DNA from: Yuukianura sp. NJ FZ-2021 | Taxonomy: Eukaryota | Assembly: GCA_046563655.1 (NCBI GenBank) | Contig: CM102286.1 | Span: 4,216,001 to 4,280,000 of the forward strand | Length of the DNA: 64,000 nucleotides | Direction: 5' to 3' | Part shown: positions 62,101-64,000 of the stretch, piece after piece | Layout: each line of letters begins with the position of its first letter | Numbering within the stretch: the stretch's first letter is position 1 | Notes under the pieces: model-generated | What the model was told of the DNA's origin: nothing | Databases searched by the model: none | Seen by the model: the letters and a program-made list of their open reading frames with translations, nothing else | Program-made: the position numbers and the translations under genes

Positions 62101-64000
62101 CACAAAAACCAAAATTAAACTGGCACTTTCAAATTCGGTTTTGTTGAAAATTCCCAAGTCTAAGAAAAAAGATTTTTGAATTCCACTGCTTTTCCGTGGC
62201 ATGCCATCATAAATTTCTGTGTGTTCAGGTTCTAACCCCCATTTGAAATTCAAAGTCAGTGCCGTTACTTTTTTCCTCTCTTGGAAGTTTGAGTACTTTC
62301 TCCAACTTTCACACGTTTGAGAACCTTCTCATAGAGTTGGCAATTGGAAAACGACAAGGTTTGCCTCCAACTTCTAATGTTTCACGCAGTTACCTTATCC
62401 AAACTATGGATCTTACGACTCTTCTACCACGCATTTAGAATTCTTTAATAGGATTTCAAATTTAAACTTTTGCTGACTCTACATTCCTAACCTTTCTAAA
62501 TGCTCTCAAGCCGCGCCGAGGAGTTAAATTCCTCTAAACGGTCCAAAAAATTATTCCTTCTCCGAAAAATTTTCAGATGCTTAACATTAGATGAAATAAA
62601 TATTGAACACTTTGAGCAAGCAAGACGCCGCATTTTTGCGCCGTGAGTGCTGAATGTACAGCGTTAATTCAAATAGTGAATATAAATATTAATTTTTATC
62701 TCAAAGTCAGTAAAATCACAGGTTTTTTGAAAAGTTTGCATTAAATCCTCTGAAATGGATACTTTTAAGAACATAACCGGCTTAATGATTTTCAACTACT
62801 AAGGTTTTCAGGTTTTTTAGAAGTAGCAGTACAAGTTACGCCCATCTAATTTCAAACTAGCCAAGTAGGCATGAAAAGTCCATAAGAATCTATTACAATT
62901 CCTCTGCCGCAATCCAACTATTTCAGTAGAAAACCCGCTTTAGAGCTTCTGCGCTTACAAAAGCAAACCGATTTCCATAAAACAACAATAATGAGCAACA
63001 ATTGCTCACTTTTGTTGAAAAAATTGGGTTTTAAACTTTAGTTGTTTCTTGATTCAAATGCATTAGGAAAAAGTGCAATTGCTAGAAAGATAAGCTGACT
63101 TTTTTCTCAAGGAAGATCCAATTATTCTAAAAGTAGTTCATTAGACAATGTTTTTGACATGAATAAGTATGAAGAGCGGCAAGTGACAAAAGTCACTAGT
63201 GGTAGTTATGGCGGGTAGGAATCCAATTTTGGCCGTCTAAGAAATATGTTGGGTCTCTGGAGGCTCATTTTTGGTTTGGATGGCCATTCATTAGAGGCGG
63301 GTTAACTGGGGGAAGTTGACTCGTCAGTGAAGTGGAGAAGGGGGCCCTTCGGAAACGTAATTTGACGCAACGGTTTCTCTCTTCTTCACTTTTTTGACAA
63401 ATTGGAAGTTCTCAAAGGAACGGAAGAGTCACGACTTTCCTATTAAATCTAATGCCTCCTCCACCACTAGTAATAGCACAAATTTTTCATTTCTTTTCTC
63501 CAAGTCTTTTCCCATTATCTCACCTTACTCCCAAACCAATTTTCCCCAGCAGCGTTCCACTTCTTATACAGTAGTTGGTGAAATGATAAACTAGTCGGTC
63601 CATTCTCCTACTTTTAGCCCTCATTCTTTAGTCATATTGACGCAGCAAGTCGATTGCCTCGAGGACTTGTAGTAGCTAAAAAGTCATTAAAATTCTTCAT
63701 TTTCAAAAACACATACTTTTTTAAATTTAGACAAAACTCAATATTTGATTTCTGCACTGGAAACCAAAAATGTTAATTTAGAGTTCATGCGTTCTAGAGG
63801 ATATGCAATGTTTATGTGAAGTTTATTTAAGGTATCGCGCTTTTTAAAATAGTTGTTTTTTAAAATGAAATTTACAATAGAAACCGCAAAGCCAAAGAAA
63901 TGGGTTTGAAATTGGCAACGTAAATACGTTCTCTGACATGGTTTATGGCATTAAACAACGGAAGGGATTCGCGGAAAATTCAAGATACGCTCCACTAACA

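Noticed and set aside
54300..64000. Numerous 60-110 aa ORFs in the distal region
   Set aside because: AT-rich, Phe/Lys/Leu-biased translations without motifs or consistent splice structure; consistent with intergenic or intronic DNA.

Overview
AT-rich eukaryotic (arthropod) genomic DNA with compact genes and short GT-AG introns. The gene style (divergent ionotropic and gustatory receptors, Tha p 2-like peptides) fits a hexapod such as a springtail, but that is inference. In order, the window holds: the 3' exons of a Beat-like Ig gene; a tandem cluster of three secreted Tha p 2-like cysteine-rich precursors (one decaying); a divergent ionotropic receptor; amnionless; a secreted KPQKP-repeat/knottin-like protein; a divergent tetraspanin; a housekeeping block (SNW1/SKIP, PEX19, PEN-2, NAT9, SLC37A); two orphan secreted proteins; a ubiquitin-like + ADP-ribosyltransferase-fold fusion; a bacterial-looking GNAT acetyltransferase; two tandem gustatory receptors; and about 11 kb of mostly non-coding DNA with one probable signal-peptide exon. 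Several non-autonomous elements sit in introns (a foldback element with a target-site duplication, a GTCY-microsatellite HINE/DINE-like element, two small MITEs). The most interesting candidates are the Ub-ART fusion, the candidate horizontally acquired GNAT, the furin-site/CxCxC-modular Tha p 2-like cluster, and a small 4-Cys module shared by two otherwise unrelated secreted proteins. All exon models were built by hand from splice signals and reading frame, and family calls come from recalled motifs, not database searches.
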